This document shows, piece after piece, positions 26,740-36,173 of a DNA stretch of 64,000 nt. This DNA comes from a virus (lineage: Duplodnaviria > Heunggongvirae > Uroviricota > Caudoviricetes). The position numbers and the translations under genes are program-made. The stretch lies in IMG/VR virus record IMGVR_UViG_3300043119_000443. One strand, given 5' to 3'. The notes beneath the pieces were generated by a model, which was not told where the DNA came from, ran no database searches, and saw only the letters and a program-made list of their open reading frames with translations. The stretch's first letter is position 1; each line of letters starts with the position of its first letter.

Positions 26740-28424
26740 TGCGTCTTGTCCCAGCCCTACTCGCAACGCACCTCGATCAAGAGGTCACGTCGCTCGCGAC
26801 GGTGTGGAAGATCATCCGTCAGGACAACGTCACGTTCCGCCTGACGGATTGCGACGTGCCGCTGACAGTGGCCGGGGAGGTCTATTCCTCGGTCAACTCG
26901 TATCAGCGTACCGCCATTGATACAGCGCTTGGCCTGCGATCCGACAACATGGAAATCAACGGCTTCTTTGATAACGCATCGATCACGCAACAGGACATCG
27001 ACAACGGCCTGTTCGATGGCGCGGAGCTGCGCATCTGGATCGTCAACCATCTCGATACGTCGCAAGGCGTCATCGCGCTCATGCGCGGTAAGCTCGGAGA
27101 ATTCGAACACACCGAAGAAGGCCTGTTCAACGCCACCTTCCGGTCGATCGCGGAAGCTTTTCGCAACCGTATCGGCAACAAGTCGTCTGCCACATGCAGG
27201 ACCGAACTCGGCTCGCTGAAGTGCAAGGTGCCCGTCCAGCCGCCGCTCGTTCAACGTGGCCGGTCTTATGCCGTCGGCGACTTCGTGCGCGTCTTGACCA
27301 ACGCTTCTGGCATCACTCGATACGCGGTTCCGTTCGTCAACCCCAGCTTCGAAAGCGCTCTCGGCGCGGAGTGGGATGTCGTCCAAGGCTTCGTGACGCG
27401 CAGTACCAACCTTGAAGGCATCGGCCCGTACGTCGGCTCCCAGCTTCTTCGTGGCGACACCAACGGCGCGACCAATCAAGTCGAACAGGTAGTCGATCTC
27501 GACACCATCGTGGGCCTCGATCTCGATCTCATCGACACGGGCCGTGCGACGATCTCTGGTGGGGCTCGCGCCCTGTCCGGCACGCTGACATCAGTCCCCA
27601 AGGGGCGCGTCGTGTACGAGCTTCTGGATGAAGCTGACGACGTGACGGCGGTCCTGCTCGACACCGACTTCATCACCTTCTACCCGCAACTGACGTGGGT
27701 CCAGCAAACCTACGCCGACAAGCCTATCCCGCCGCTGTCGCGCAAGCTTCGCGTCACGCTCTGGATGCAGCGCGACCCAGCGACGCTTTACGCCCGGATC
27801 GCGTTCGACGACATCCTGTCCGAGATCACGACCTACGCCAGCGGCTACGGGTTCCAGACATCGTTCGAGAACCGTATCTACGAATGCACCACGGCGGGCG
27901 CTACGGCGACTTCCGCGCCGACCTATGACACTGTCGTAGGCAACCCCACCACGGACGGCACAGCGGTCTTCACGGCCCGCGAGGCGTTCATGAGGCACGC
28001 CACGATCGCGACTGTCACAGACCGCAGGACTTTCACGATCACTGTGACAGAGAGCCGGGCGGTGGACGCATGGTTCGCCGACGGCTCAGTCACCATTGAG
28101 AGCGGGGCCAATCTGGGTAAGACCATTGAAGTCAAAACGTGGACGGATGCAGGGAACATTGTGCAGTGCTTCCTGCCCTTCGCTTTTGACCTTGCGCCGG
28201 GTGACCAGTTGCGCATCTCTCCGGGGTGTGACAAAACCAGACCGACGTGTCGTGACAAGTTCGTGATCACCGGATCGACCGACTTTGCTCTCGGGAATGT
28301 GAAGAACTTCCGCGGTGAACCTGACGTGCCTATCCAAGAAACGCTCCAACTGAAAACCGCCACTTCGGTCCAGCCGCGCGCACCGGCATCGTCCACGCCG
28401 CGCTCCGGCAGCAAATACGGATAA
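26739..28424 (+). CDS. tail hub protein, DUF2163 + phage BR0599-type C-terminal domain (RcGTA g13-like)
   Basis: N-terminus TSLATVWKIIRQDNVTFRLTDCD; C-terminus CDKTRPTCRDKFVITGSTDFALGNVKNFRGEPDVP (Cys-rich BR0599-type motif). Confidence 0.75.
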   Translation: MRLVPALLATHLDQEVTSLATVWKIIRQDNVTFRLTDCDVPLTVAGEVYSSVNSYQRTAIDTALGLRSDNMEINGFFDNASITQQDIDNGLFDGAELRIWIVNHLDTSQGVIALMRGKLGEFEHTEEGLFNATFRSIAEAFRNRIGNKSSATCRTELGSLKCKVPVQPPLVQRGRSYAVGDFVRVLTNASGITRYAVPFVNPSFESALGAEWDVVQGFVTRSTNLEGIGPYVGSQLLRGDTNGATNQVEQVVDLDTIVGLDLDLIDTGRATISGGARALSGTLTSVPKGRVVYELLDEADDVTAVLLDTDFITFYPQLTWVQQTYADKPIPPLSRKLRVTLWMQRDPATLYARIAFDDILSEITTYASGYGFQTSFENRIYECTTAGATATSAPTYDTVVGNPTTDGTAVFTAREAFMRHATIATVTDRRTFTITVTESRAVDAWFADGSVTIESGANLGKTIEVKTWTDAGNIVQCFLPFAFDLAPGDQLRISPGCDKTRPTCRDKFVITGSTDFALGNVKNFRGEPDVPIQETLQLKTATSVQPRAPASSTPRSGSKYG

Positions 28425-28436
28425 CGAGAACCACAT

Positions 28437-31400
28437 ATGGGACTTCGGTTAGGCCTCGCGAAACAGAACATAGAAGTCGGCAAAGTCGAAGAGTTTGCTG
28501 GCGGCGGATCGTATGGGAAAAACATCCCGTACGTGTTCGGCTCGCGCGTGGTCGAGGGTATGCCGCTCTGGTTCGCGCCAATCGAAGAGCGCGTTACCAA
28601 GAAGTCCAAGAAGAAAGGCCAAATCCTCGGCATCGGCGGCACAAAGGTCACCACGACCACGTACGACTACTACGCGTCATTCGCCATGTGGTTTGGCGAA
28701 GGCCCGGCCACCAAGCTCGTGCGTCTCTGGATGGACGATCTTCTGGTGTTCGACGGCGCGGAAGTCGATCTCACTGACCCGGACATCGCCCCGTTCACCG
28801 TGTTTCAGACGCGCTTCGGCAGGCGTCAGATAGTCAACGAACAGTTCAAGATACAGCAAGAGAACCGTATCCCCTACACGGTCTATCTCGGCTCGGAAGA
28901 CCAAGACCAAGACCCGACCATCGTAGCGACCGAAGGCGCGGCTAACACTCCCGCGTATCGCGGGATGTGCTACATCGTGTTCAATCGCGTCAAGCTCGAA
29001 CAGTTCGACAACAAGATTCCGAAAGTCCGTGCGGAGTTCATCTTCGATGTCGGCGGCTCGGACATCAGCATCAGCGAGACGACGCTTGCGGTCGAAGTGA
29101 ATGACCGCGCGCAATTGCAGATCGACTACAAGCGCGGCCTGATCTACACGATGAACGACGGCGTGAACGAAGTCAGCCTCGTCACGCTCGGCTTGGATGG
29201 CACGCTCATCCGCAGCGTGACGTACCCCGATTCGCTGGACGAGGGTTCCGTCGTGATCGACATGGAATTCAACCAGCACTACTCGCGCCGGGGTACGGGT
29301 GGCATCAGACATAACTCGTTCACCGGCGCTGCGGAATACACGGACCATACCAACACCAAGCCACTCACGGGTCGTTTCGGCGGCACGATGCTGTACGCTT
29401 CACCGGGCAGCACGACGCGTTTCCTTTTCACGTCGGGCAGGACATCGTCCTCGATCCACAGGGACATCGCGTCCCACAACATTGAGGTCGGCCAGATCGC
29501 CAACATCTCCGTCTCCACGACTGGAGGCATGACTTCATATGTAACTCCGACTGCCCCGAACGACGCGCGCTTCGGCTTCGCTTACTACATCACCGGCGGT
29601 GTACTTTCCATGGTACGTTGCGACGGTGCGAACGGCACGTTCAAGTCCGACTATGCGACGATGCTCCCCGCCGCGTTCAACCTCGACAGCTTCGACGTAT
29701 CGAGCGCTGCGAAGATCGGCTGGGACGATGGCAATGACCGCGTTGTCGGATTTGTCGCCGGTATCAAGAACAGCGTGTCGGTTGTCCGCATCTTCGCGTG
29801 GTCGGAAGCGACAGGCCTTGCGTGGGTGACCGAAGTTCCGTTCGGCCTGTTCTCCACTGAAGAATACAACATGACCTTCCCGCGCCTGAATGGTGGGCGA
29901 TGGGCGTGGACCAATGGCTCGCAAATCTGCGCCGTCGAGCTTACGGATGGGAAGATCACGACGCAATACGACGGCGTCAACAACGGGTACGTCGGCATCA
30001 GCGGCACAACGCTGTCGCAGGCGTATGACGACAGCACGAACAAACTGTATATGCTCCAGCGCAACGCTGCTGCACCGGACGATCTGCAAGTCATCCAGCT
30101 TTTCCTCGGTGAACAGACGGGCTCTTCGCTGTCGAGCATCGTCCGTAAAGTCGCGAGCGAGTGCGGCTTGGTCGAGGGATATGACTTCGATGTCAGCGCC
30201 ATCGACGACATCCCTGTCCCCGGATACCTGATCTCCAAGACGGATGAGGGCAAGAAGCATCTCGATCCGCTGCTGGAGTTCTTCCAGATCAACGTGGTCG
30301 AGCGCGACCATCGTATCTATTTCGAGGAACGTCAGACCGTGTCGCTCGACACGCTGACCACGGATGACATGCTGTCCGGCAGCAAGGGACAGGTGTTCAA
30401 GCGCGATCGCCAAGAAGAGAGCGCGCTCCCCCAGACCTACGAAGTCGAGTACGTGGACCGCATCCGCGACTACGAGAAAGGCATCCAGCGCGCCAGCCGC
30501 GTGAAGTTCCCTATCCCAACGACGGCGTCTACGAACACCGAGAACTTTGCGATCGACATCGCGCTCAATCCGTCCGATGCCAAACAGCAAGTCGAGAAGC
30601 TGATGTACGCCTCGTGGATCGAGCGTAACGCGTATGAGTTCGGCCTGCCTCAACGGTGGCTCGCCTTTACACCGGGCGATCTCGTGACCTTCGTACAGCC
30701 TTCGGGCTATACGAGCGATATCATGTTCGACAGGCTCGCTATCGGCGCGGACTTCACGATGAAGGCGAACACCGTCGAGCAATCGACCGGGATGTACGTT
30801 TCGTTCGCTACCAGCACCACGGGTAGCTGGAACGATCCGCCCATGTACCTGTCCGCCCCGTCCGAACCGTTCCTGCTCGACATCCCGTTCCTGACGGATG
30901 ACGACGTGCCGACGACCGACAACCTGTCCATCGGATATTGGGCGGGCTCGGACTATGGCGCAGAAACAAACTCTTGGCCGGGCGCGTTCATTCACCGCTC
31001 GTACGATAACCTGATCTATACGCAGTTGGACGCGCGTGTGAACCGCTCCAACTGGGGAATCCTCACGTCGGCGCTCGCCGCGCCCGACAGCCCGTGGGTC
31101 ACCGACAATACCAACGTGGTCAGCGTCTTCATGAACTCCGGCTATCTGGCCGCGTCCGAGTACACGATCTCGAAAGACGACATGCTGACCGGGCTCTACA
31201 ACCGCGCCGTTATCTGCCATGCGGATGGCACGTTCGAGCTGATCTACTTCTCCGAAGTCGTCGAAGTCAGCGATCGTGCGCTGGAGCTTCATTCGCTTCT
31301 CCGTGGCCGTCGTGGGACCGACACCAATCTGGTCGCCGCGGCTGGCGATCGTATCGTCTTCCTGTCGGATGGACTGTACGACGACGACATTTCGACCTAT

Positions 31401-31865
31401 GGCATCTTCGCCCAGCCCATCGCCCAGACGCTCGCTGATGACCAGTTCTACAAGGTCGTGACGCGCGGCCTTCTGGTCAGCGAGACGCTGGCTGAAACGA
31501 CCAAATACACGTGCGCCGATCTCAAGCCGTATGCCCCGGATCATGTCACTGCGTTCCTTGACACCATTGGCGATATCGTCATCAACTGGGAGCGCCGTAC
31601 CCGCATCGGCGGCGAGATGGAAGACTTGATTGACGTACCACTGTCCGAAGAGACTGAGGCGTACGAGATTGACATCTACAACGTCGCGGGTACAACTGTC
31701 CTCCGGACGTTGACTTCGACGGTGTCTCAGGTGGATTACCTCGCCGCCAACGTCCTTACGGATCAACTGACTGCAACTCCGGCCACGCTCAAGGTCGGGG
31801 TCTACCAAATGAGCGCAACAGTCGGACGCGGCTTTGGCCGCATAATCACGGTCGAGGTCGGATAA
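28437..31865 (+). CDS. large tail host-specificity protein (RcGTA g15 / gpJ-like)
   Basis: 1142 aa; N-terminal segment KKKGQILGIGGTKVTTTTYDYYASFAMWFGEGPATKLVRLWMDD resembles the conserved N-terminal core of GTA g15-family proteins; follows g12/g13-like genes. Confidence 0.7.
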   Translation: MGLRLGLAKQNIEVGKVEEFAGGGSYGKNIPYVFGSRVVEGMPLWFAPIEERVTKKSKKKGQILGIGGTKVTTTTYDYYASFAMWFGEGPATKLVRLWMDDLLVFDGAEVDLTDPDIAPFTVFQTRFGRRQIVNEQFKIQQENRIPYTVYLGSEDQDQDPTIVATEGAANTPAYRGMCYIVFNRVKLEQFDNKIPKVRAEFIFDVGGSDISISETTLAVEVNDRAQLQIDYKRGLIYTMNDGVNEVSLVTLGLDGTLIRSVTYPDSLDEGSVVIDMEFNQHYSRRGTGGIRHNSFTGAAEYTDHTNTKPLTGRFGGTMLYASPGSTTRFLFTSGRTSSSIHRDIASHNIEVGQIANISVSTTGGMTSYVTPTAPNDARFGFAYYITGGVLSMVRCDGANGTFKSDYATMLPAAFNLDSFDVSSAAKIGWDDGNDRVVGFVAGIKNSVSVVRIFAWSEATGLAWVTEVPFGLFSTEEYNMTFPRLNGGRWAWTNGSQICAVELTDGKITTQYDGVNNGYVGISGTTLSQAYDDSTNKLYMLQRNAAAPDDLQVIQLFLGEQTGSSLSSIVRKVASECGLVEGYDFDVSAIDDIPVPGYLISKTDEGKKHLDPLLEFFQINVVERDHRIYFEERQTVSLDTLTTDDMLSGSKGQVFKRDRQEESALPQTYEVEYVDRIRDYEKGIQRASRVKFPIPTTASTNTENFAIDIALNPSDAKQQVEKLMYASWIERNAYEFGLPQRWLAFTPGDLVTFVQPSGYTSDIMFDRLAIGADFTMKANTVEQSTGMYVSFATSTTGSWNDPPMYLSAPSEPFLLDIPFLTDDDVPTTDNLSIGYWAGSDYGAETNSWPGAFIHRSYDNLIYTQLDARVNRSNWGILTSALAAPDSPWVTDNTNVVSVFMNSGYLAASEYTISKDDMLTGLYNRAVICHADGTFELIYFSEVVEVSDRALELHSLLRGRRGTDTNLVAAAGDRIVFLSDGLYDDDISTYGIFAQPIAQTLADDQFYKVVTRGLLVSETLAETTKYTCADLKPYAPDHVTAFLDTIGDIVINWERRTRIGGEMEDLIDVPLSEETEAYEIDIYNVAGTTVLRTLTSTVSQVDYLAANVLTDQLTATPATLKVGVYQMSATVGRGFGRIITVEVG

Positions 31866-32587
31866 TGACTACCCCCATTCTCAGCATTGCTGAAGTCTCA
31901 CAATCGCAGTCCAACAAGGAAGTGACGATCAACGAGGCCATCCGTGCGCTTGAAGAAGCAATGCAGGCAACTCGCACCGCCGCGATCGTGGCCGCAACGA
32001 CGCTGACGACCGCGCAGTTCACCGACTTCTTCCGGCATGTCTTCACTGGCACGTTCGGCGCGACGACGGTCACCGTCCCGAACACTCAACGCCTGTTCTA
32101 CGTCCTGAACAACACCAACGGAAACCTGACGATACGTGCAGGGTCGTTTGCTGTTACGGTTGTGATCGAGCCCGGTCAGGGGCGGTTGCTGCATTGCGAC
32201 GGGTCGGATGAGATCACCGAAGTCGGCGGATCGAGCGCTGGCGGCAACGACCATCTCGTCTCGCTGTTCCTCGCGGGCGCGGGCGTGGACGAGAGCAAAG
32301 ACCTGACGTACATCTTCACACGGGCTGTCGATTTCCCGTTGAACCTGACGGACTCGCGCGGTCACGCGGCCACTGTCCACACTGGTTCGTTCGATGTCAC
32401 TATAACCCTCAAGAAGAACGGCGTGGCCTTCGGGTCGGTCGAATTCTTCACCAGCATCAGCACCGCCCACTTCGCTGGCTCGGCCACGAGCTTCGCCGCT
32501 GGGGATCGCCTTACCTTCTCATGCCCGGCGGCGTTCGAAACTCTGGCGGGCATTGCCATCACTCTCGTTGGTGAGATCGTAGCCTAA
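31865..32587 (+). CDS. DUF2793-like tail fibre/spike protein
   Basis: N-terminus MTTPILSIAEVSQSQSNKEVTINEAIRALEEA matches the DUF2793 N-terminal consensus (..L.LP.i...Q.qKhVThNEal..LDal). Confidence 0.5.
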   Translation: MTTPILSIAEVSQSQSNKEVTINEAIRALEEAMQATRTAAIVAATTLTTAQFTDFFRHVFTGTFGATTVTVPNTQRLFYVLNNTNGNLTIRAGSFAVTVVIEPGQGRLLHCDGSDEITEVGGSSAGGNDHLVSLFLAGAGVDESKDLTYIFTRAVDFPLNLTDSRGHAATVHTGSFDVTITLKKNGVAFGSVEFFTSISTAHFAGSATSFAAGDRLTFSCPAAFETLAGIAITLVGEIVA

Positions 32588-33855
32588 TGGCCGCTGGTGT
32601 ATTTTCCAAAGTTGTCCACTTCACTACGCCCGCTTCGACGGGCGACTATGATGTTACGGACGTAGGCATCACAGAGACGCCGAAGCTGGTGATCCTGATC
32701 GGTGGCGCGTCTGGAGCTGGCGAAACCATCGACGCGCGCTTCACCATAGGTGCGTACGATGGCACGGATCAAAACTTCAACGCGGTGTTCGCCCAAGATG
32801 GCGTGCCCGCATCCAACACCGACCGTCGTCGCAACACAGGGCAGATTTACCGCAACGTCGAGAACACTGCGTTCCTCGCCGCTTCCGCTGTGTCCTTCCT
32901 ATCGAATGGCGTGCGTCTCAATTTCGCAACGACGACGGTTGGCCGTCGCATCATGGCTATCTTTTTCTGGGGAGATGACTTCTCCGGGAAAGTCGGCACG
33001 ATCGCTTACGGCACCGGCACTTCGGCGATTGCGGTAACGGGCCTCGGCTTCCAGCCTAACGCTGTGCTATTCCACGCCATCGGACAGGGCGCGGCCAACA
33101 CGGCACTCGGCCTCGGTGTGATGACGCTCGGCATGGCCGCGGACAACAGCGGGGGCATCCAACGTCGAGGCTTCTTCCTGTTCTCGACAGAACCGCGAGG
33201 CGCTGGCCCCGGTCCGTCGTTGTTGATCGACGACACAGTCGCCAACGGCGAACTCTACGGCTCCAACAACACCGGAGACGCCGACCCCGGCCTTGTCATC
33301 GCGTTCAACTCGTTCGACGCAGGCGGGTTCACCGTCACTCCGGCGATAAGCACCGGCAGCGTGACTGGGGCTTATATTGCAATGAGGTTCGGCGGGCGCG
33401 ACGTGACTCTGACGAGCATAGCTTCGCGCACGACGGTAGGCATAGACACCATCTCTCTTGGCTACCAACCCGAATTCTGTTTCGGTGTATCGACACGTCT
33501 TCCGAGTTTCAACAGCGTGGTCGAGCTTGGGAACGACGCTTCCAACTGGAGCGTGTTCGCTGCGGATGGAGACAATGTCCAAGGCGCACAGGCGCTCGCC
33601 GAAAGATACAACACGGACCCGACCCAGTGTAACGAGTGGCTGGATCAAGACAACATGATCCGCATCGGATCGTTGTCCGATCCGGGCATAGAAACGAACC
33701 CGCTCGTGGTAGCCCAGATGACAGCCGTGGCCGATGGTATCGAGCTGAACTACACGACGGTGAATGCGACCGCTCGCCAAAGCTGGATGTTCTCCGTCGA
33801 AGGTGAAGCACCTCCCGCATCCCTCTACGCCGCCAGCCGATTCTTCTTCAACTAA
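32587..33855 (+). CDS. putative tail fibre protein (422 aa)
   Basis: Gly/Thr/Ala/Ser-rich, coupled (TAATG) to previous fibre gene. Confidence 0.4.
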   Translation: MAAGVFSKVVHFTTPASTGDYDVTDVGITETPKLVILIGGASGAGETIDARFTIGAYDGTDQNFNAVFAQDGVPASNTDRRRNTGQIYRNVENTAFLAASAVSFLSNGVRLNFATTTVGRRIMAIFFWGDDFSGKVGTIAYGTGTSAIAVTGLGFQPNAVLFHAIGQGAANTALGLGVMTLGMAADNSGGIQRRGFFLFSTEPRGAGPGPSLLIDDTVANGELYGSNNTGDADPGLVIAFNSFDAGGFTVTPAISTGSVTGAYIAMRFGGRDVTLTSIASRTTVGIDTISLGYQPEFCFGVSTRLPSFNSVVELGNDASNWSVFAADGDNVQGAQALAERYNTDPTQCNEWLDQDNMIRIGSLSDPGIETNPLVVAQMTAVADGIELNYTTVNATARQSWMFSVEGEAPPASLYAASRFFFN

Positions 33856-33865
33856 CGAGACGGAC

Positions 33866-34549
33866 ATGCCGAAGCCTATGGATCGACCCGGACGCGCATT
33901 GTGGGCAGCTCAGCCGGACCCTGACTACGAGGGTAAGGCGGTCATATGCATCGGCGGCGGTCCGTCGCTCAAGGGCTACGATCTGGAGCCTTACCGGCAC
34001 ATTCCGACTATATCGGTAAACCAGTCGTTCGAGATCGCGCCGTGGGCCAAGTACCATCTGTTCGCTGACCGCCGCTGGTATATGTGGAACCAACAGGCCG
34101 TGGACGCGTCGCCGTCGATCAAGGTGACCGTCGGCAAATCGCTGTTCCCGGACGGGCTCGACTTCCGCCGCATGATCCGCGACAAGGACGCCGGGCTCTG
34201 CCACGAGCGGACGCATCTGGCGGGCATCGACAGCGGTTGCGTGGCCGTCAATCTGGCGTTCCACCTTGGCGCTTCCCGGATCATCCTGCTCGGATATGAC
34301 AGTGGGTACAGCGAGACGGGCGAAAGCCACTACCACAACAAGCACCAGACGCCGTCGAATCCGATGTACTATACCGACCGCTACGGTCCACGCCTGTCCG
34401 GCCTCTGCCAGAGGCTCAGGGACGTGGGCGTGCCCGTGGTGAGGGCAACACCGCCCGGACGGCCAGATATCCCCTACGTGGCTCTCCCAGAGGCTCTGAC
34501 GGCCCCTCTGCCCCCATGCGAAGGGCTCATCTCGACTTTTGTGCCTTAA
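33866..34549 (+). CDS. DUF115/Maf-like (MptE-like) protein, possible glycosyltransferase
   Basis: ICIGGGPSLKGYDL...ISVNQSFEIAPWAKYHLFADRRWY resembles the GxGPSL...VN...D signature of motility-accessory-factor type enzymes. Confidence 0.4.
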   Translation: MPKPMDRPGRALWAAQPDPDYEGKAVICIGGGPSLKGYDLEPYRHIPTISVNQSFEIAPWAKYHLFADRRWYMWNQQAVDASPSIKVTVGKSLFPDGLDFRRMIRDKDAGLCHERTHLAGIDSGCVAVNLAFHLGASRIILLGYDSGYSETGESHYHNKHQTPSNPMYYTDRYGPRLSGLCQRLRDVGVPVVRATPPGRPDIPYVALPEALTAPLPPCEGLISTFVP

Positions 34550-34880
34550 GGTAGGAAATAGCAGCTTCCAGAACGACCGGAGTTCTTAGGTATCCGATTC
34601 CGAGATTGCACTTGCGGCACAGCAATCCCCTGACAACCCCAGTATCATGGTCGTGATCAATGCATGGCTTGGTTTCTTCAAGTTCAAAGGGCGTGTGGCA
34701 TATCGCGCAAGATGAATTTTGGCGGGCCATCATGCCGTCGTATTGGACTCGGGTCAGCCCGTACTGCCGGAAGAAGTTCTTTGATCTCCACTTCGCCTGA
34801 TACGCGTTGTACTTCTCGCGGTTATTGACCCGCCAAGCGGTTATCGCGGCCTTGTTCTTTTCTGGATCGGCGAAGGGCAT
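34527..34880 (-). CDS. recombination endonuclease VII family (HNH-like) nuclease
   Basis: CAICHTPF...CIDHDHDTGVVRGLLCRKCNLGIG (Endo VII zinc-binding/catalytic signature); start taken at first ATG (ORF tool start is TTG at 34928); AT-richer than surroundings; opposite strand to neighbours. Confidence 0.7.
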   Translation of the reverse strand: MPFADPEKNKAAITAWRVNNREKYNAYQAKWRSKNFFRQYGLTRVQYDGMMARQNSSCAICHTPFELEETKPCIDHDHDTGVVRGLLCRKCNLGIGYLRTPVVLEAAISYLKAQKSR

Positions 34881-34933
34881 TCGGGCTCTGTACCATGCTT
34901 GACCTTTTGGGTCAACGAGTATATTCAACGACC

Positions 34934-35194
34934 ATGATTTCCAAGGATGACAGACACCATTGGTTGTTCCGTCGGCGTTACCTGTTTGTGGTAACGGCGT
35001 TCATCATGCTTTTGATGGGCTGGTCAGCCCTTGGCATGGCCGGAGATAGCCTCGGTGAAGTCATCCTGACCAACGGCTTCTGGACGCTCGCGGCCCTGAC
35101 CGGCACCTACGTTTTCGGTGCCACGTGGGACCATGCGAACCAGCGGAAGTTCGGAAAGACCAACGAACCGGCCAGCGAACCGGCCAAGGGATAG
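34934..35194 (+). CDS. putative holin-like membrane protein (86 aa)
   Basis: Two predicted TM helices (FVVTAFIMLLMGWSALGMAG; FWTLAALTGTYVFGATW) directly upstream of spanin pair. Confidence 0.4.
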   Translation: MISKDDRHHWLFRRRYLFVVTAFIMLLMGWSALGMAGDSLGEVILTNGFWTLAALTGTYVFGATWDHANQRKFGKTNEPASEPAKG

Positions 35195-35200
35195 ACCATC

Positions 35201-35641
35201 ATGCCTATGTGGATCATCAATATCGGCTTATGGATCAAGGGTAACCCGATCCAAGCCCTGCAAATGCTTGCCGTTACGGCGCTTATAGGGCTTGCGACAT
35301 GGTGGTATTTCGACTATACAGGGACCAAGCGTGAAAACGCGGACCTGAAGGCGAAAGTCGAGCAAGTCGAAGCCAACTACGAAGCGGCCAAGACCCGGAT
35401 CGATGACTTCGTTTTAGCCCAAGAAAAGTTCGATGCTGATCTGGAAAAGCTCCGGCAATCTTCGATCCAAATTCGCGGCCAAGTTCGTGACGCACTGAAA
35501 GGCCTGAAAGCCGCGGAGATCGAAAGTGAGTTTGCAAATGATCCCTCTGGCGCTGAAGCCGCTCTTAATCGGCGCGTTGCTGACCTGTTCAGCATGTTCG
35601 AGTCTGTCACCGGCTCCCGCGCCGCTTCCGACCCCCGCTAA
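35201..35641 (+). CDS. i-spanin (Rz-like)
   Basis: N-terminal TM (ALQMLAVTALIGLATWWYF) then coiled-coil (ENADLKAKVEQVEANYEAAKTRIDDF...). Confidence 0.55.
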   Translation: MPMWIINIGLWIKGNPIQALQMLAVTALIGLATWWYFDYTGTKRENADLKAKVEQVEANYEAAKTRIDDFVLAQEKFDADLEKLRQSSIQIRGQVRDALKGLKAAEIESEFANDPSGAEAALNRRVADLFSMFESVTGSRAASDPR

Positions 35642-35858
35642 GGCCATCCTCCCCCTTCCGGAGCCCGTCATCACGCAGGACGTGAAATCCTATCTGCGCG
35701 TCGGCCCCAACGACATCCCGAACTCCGGCGGTGACGTGTTCGTCGTCTACCCGGCTGGCGAGCACGAAAAGCTGATGGAGAACATCGCCGAACTATACCG
35801 CTGGGTGGCCGAAGCCATGGCTCAGCTCGAATTCTACCGCCAGCGAGAGGGATCGTAA
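35538..35858 (+). CDS. o-spanin (Rz1-like lipoprotein) overlapping i-spanin out of frame
   Basis: Signal peptide MIPLALKPLLIGALLTCSAC with lipobox-like LLTC, Pro-rich mature N-terminus; embedded 104 nt into the i-spanin gene. Confidence 0.5.
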   Translation: MIPLALKPLLIGALLTCSACSSLSPAPAPLPTPAKAILPLPEPVITQDVKSYLRVGPNDIPNSGGDVFVVYPAGEHEKLMENIAELYRWVAEAMAQLEFYRQREGS

Positions 35859-36115
35859 TGTCCGAAGAGCCTGAACAATCCGCCAGCTTCGTTGAGCGGC
35901 ATCTCCAGACGATGATCATGGCCGCGCTCGGCGCTGTCTGCGCGTGGATGGCTATGACCACGCAAGGCCTGACCGTGAGCGTCGCCACGCTGACAGAGAA
36001 GGTATCGAACCTTCAGGCGCAAATAAGCGAACAGGGTGACAACAATTTCGAGTCCGAGATCGCCGACTTGAAGGCCCGCGTGTTCGTTCTGGAAAAGTCG
36101 CTCGACGCCAATTAA
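35858..36115 (+). CDS. membrane/coiled-coil protein (85 aa), possible lysis regulator
   Basis: TM segment IMAALGAVCAWMAMTT then coiled-coil; TAATG-coupled to o-spanin. Confidence 0.4.
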   Translation: MSEEPEQSASFVERHLQTMIMAALGAVCAWMAMTTQGLTVSVATLTEKVSNLQAQISEQGDNNFESEIADLKARVFVLEKSLDAN

Positions 36116-36119
36116 CTAT
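36112..36119 (+). promoter_or_regulatory. TTAACTAT motif next to TTGACTTGCGACTTTGAC
   Basis: aaTTAACTATTGACTTGCGACTTTGACgcag upstream of 36174 gene. Confidence 0.2.
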
Positions 36120-36173
36120 TGACTTGCGACTTTGACGCAGTCATGGTGCGCCGAAGTCAAACAGGAGCCGACA

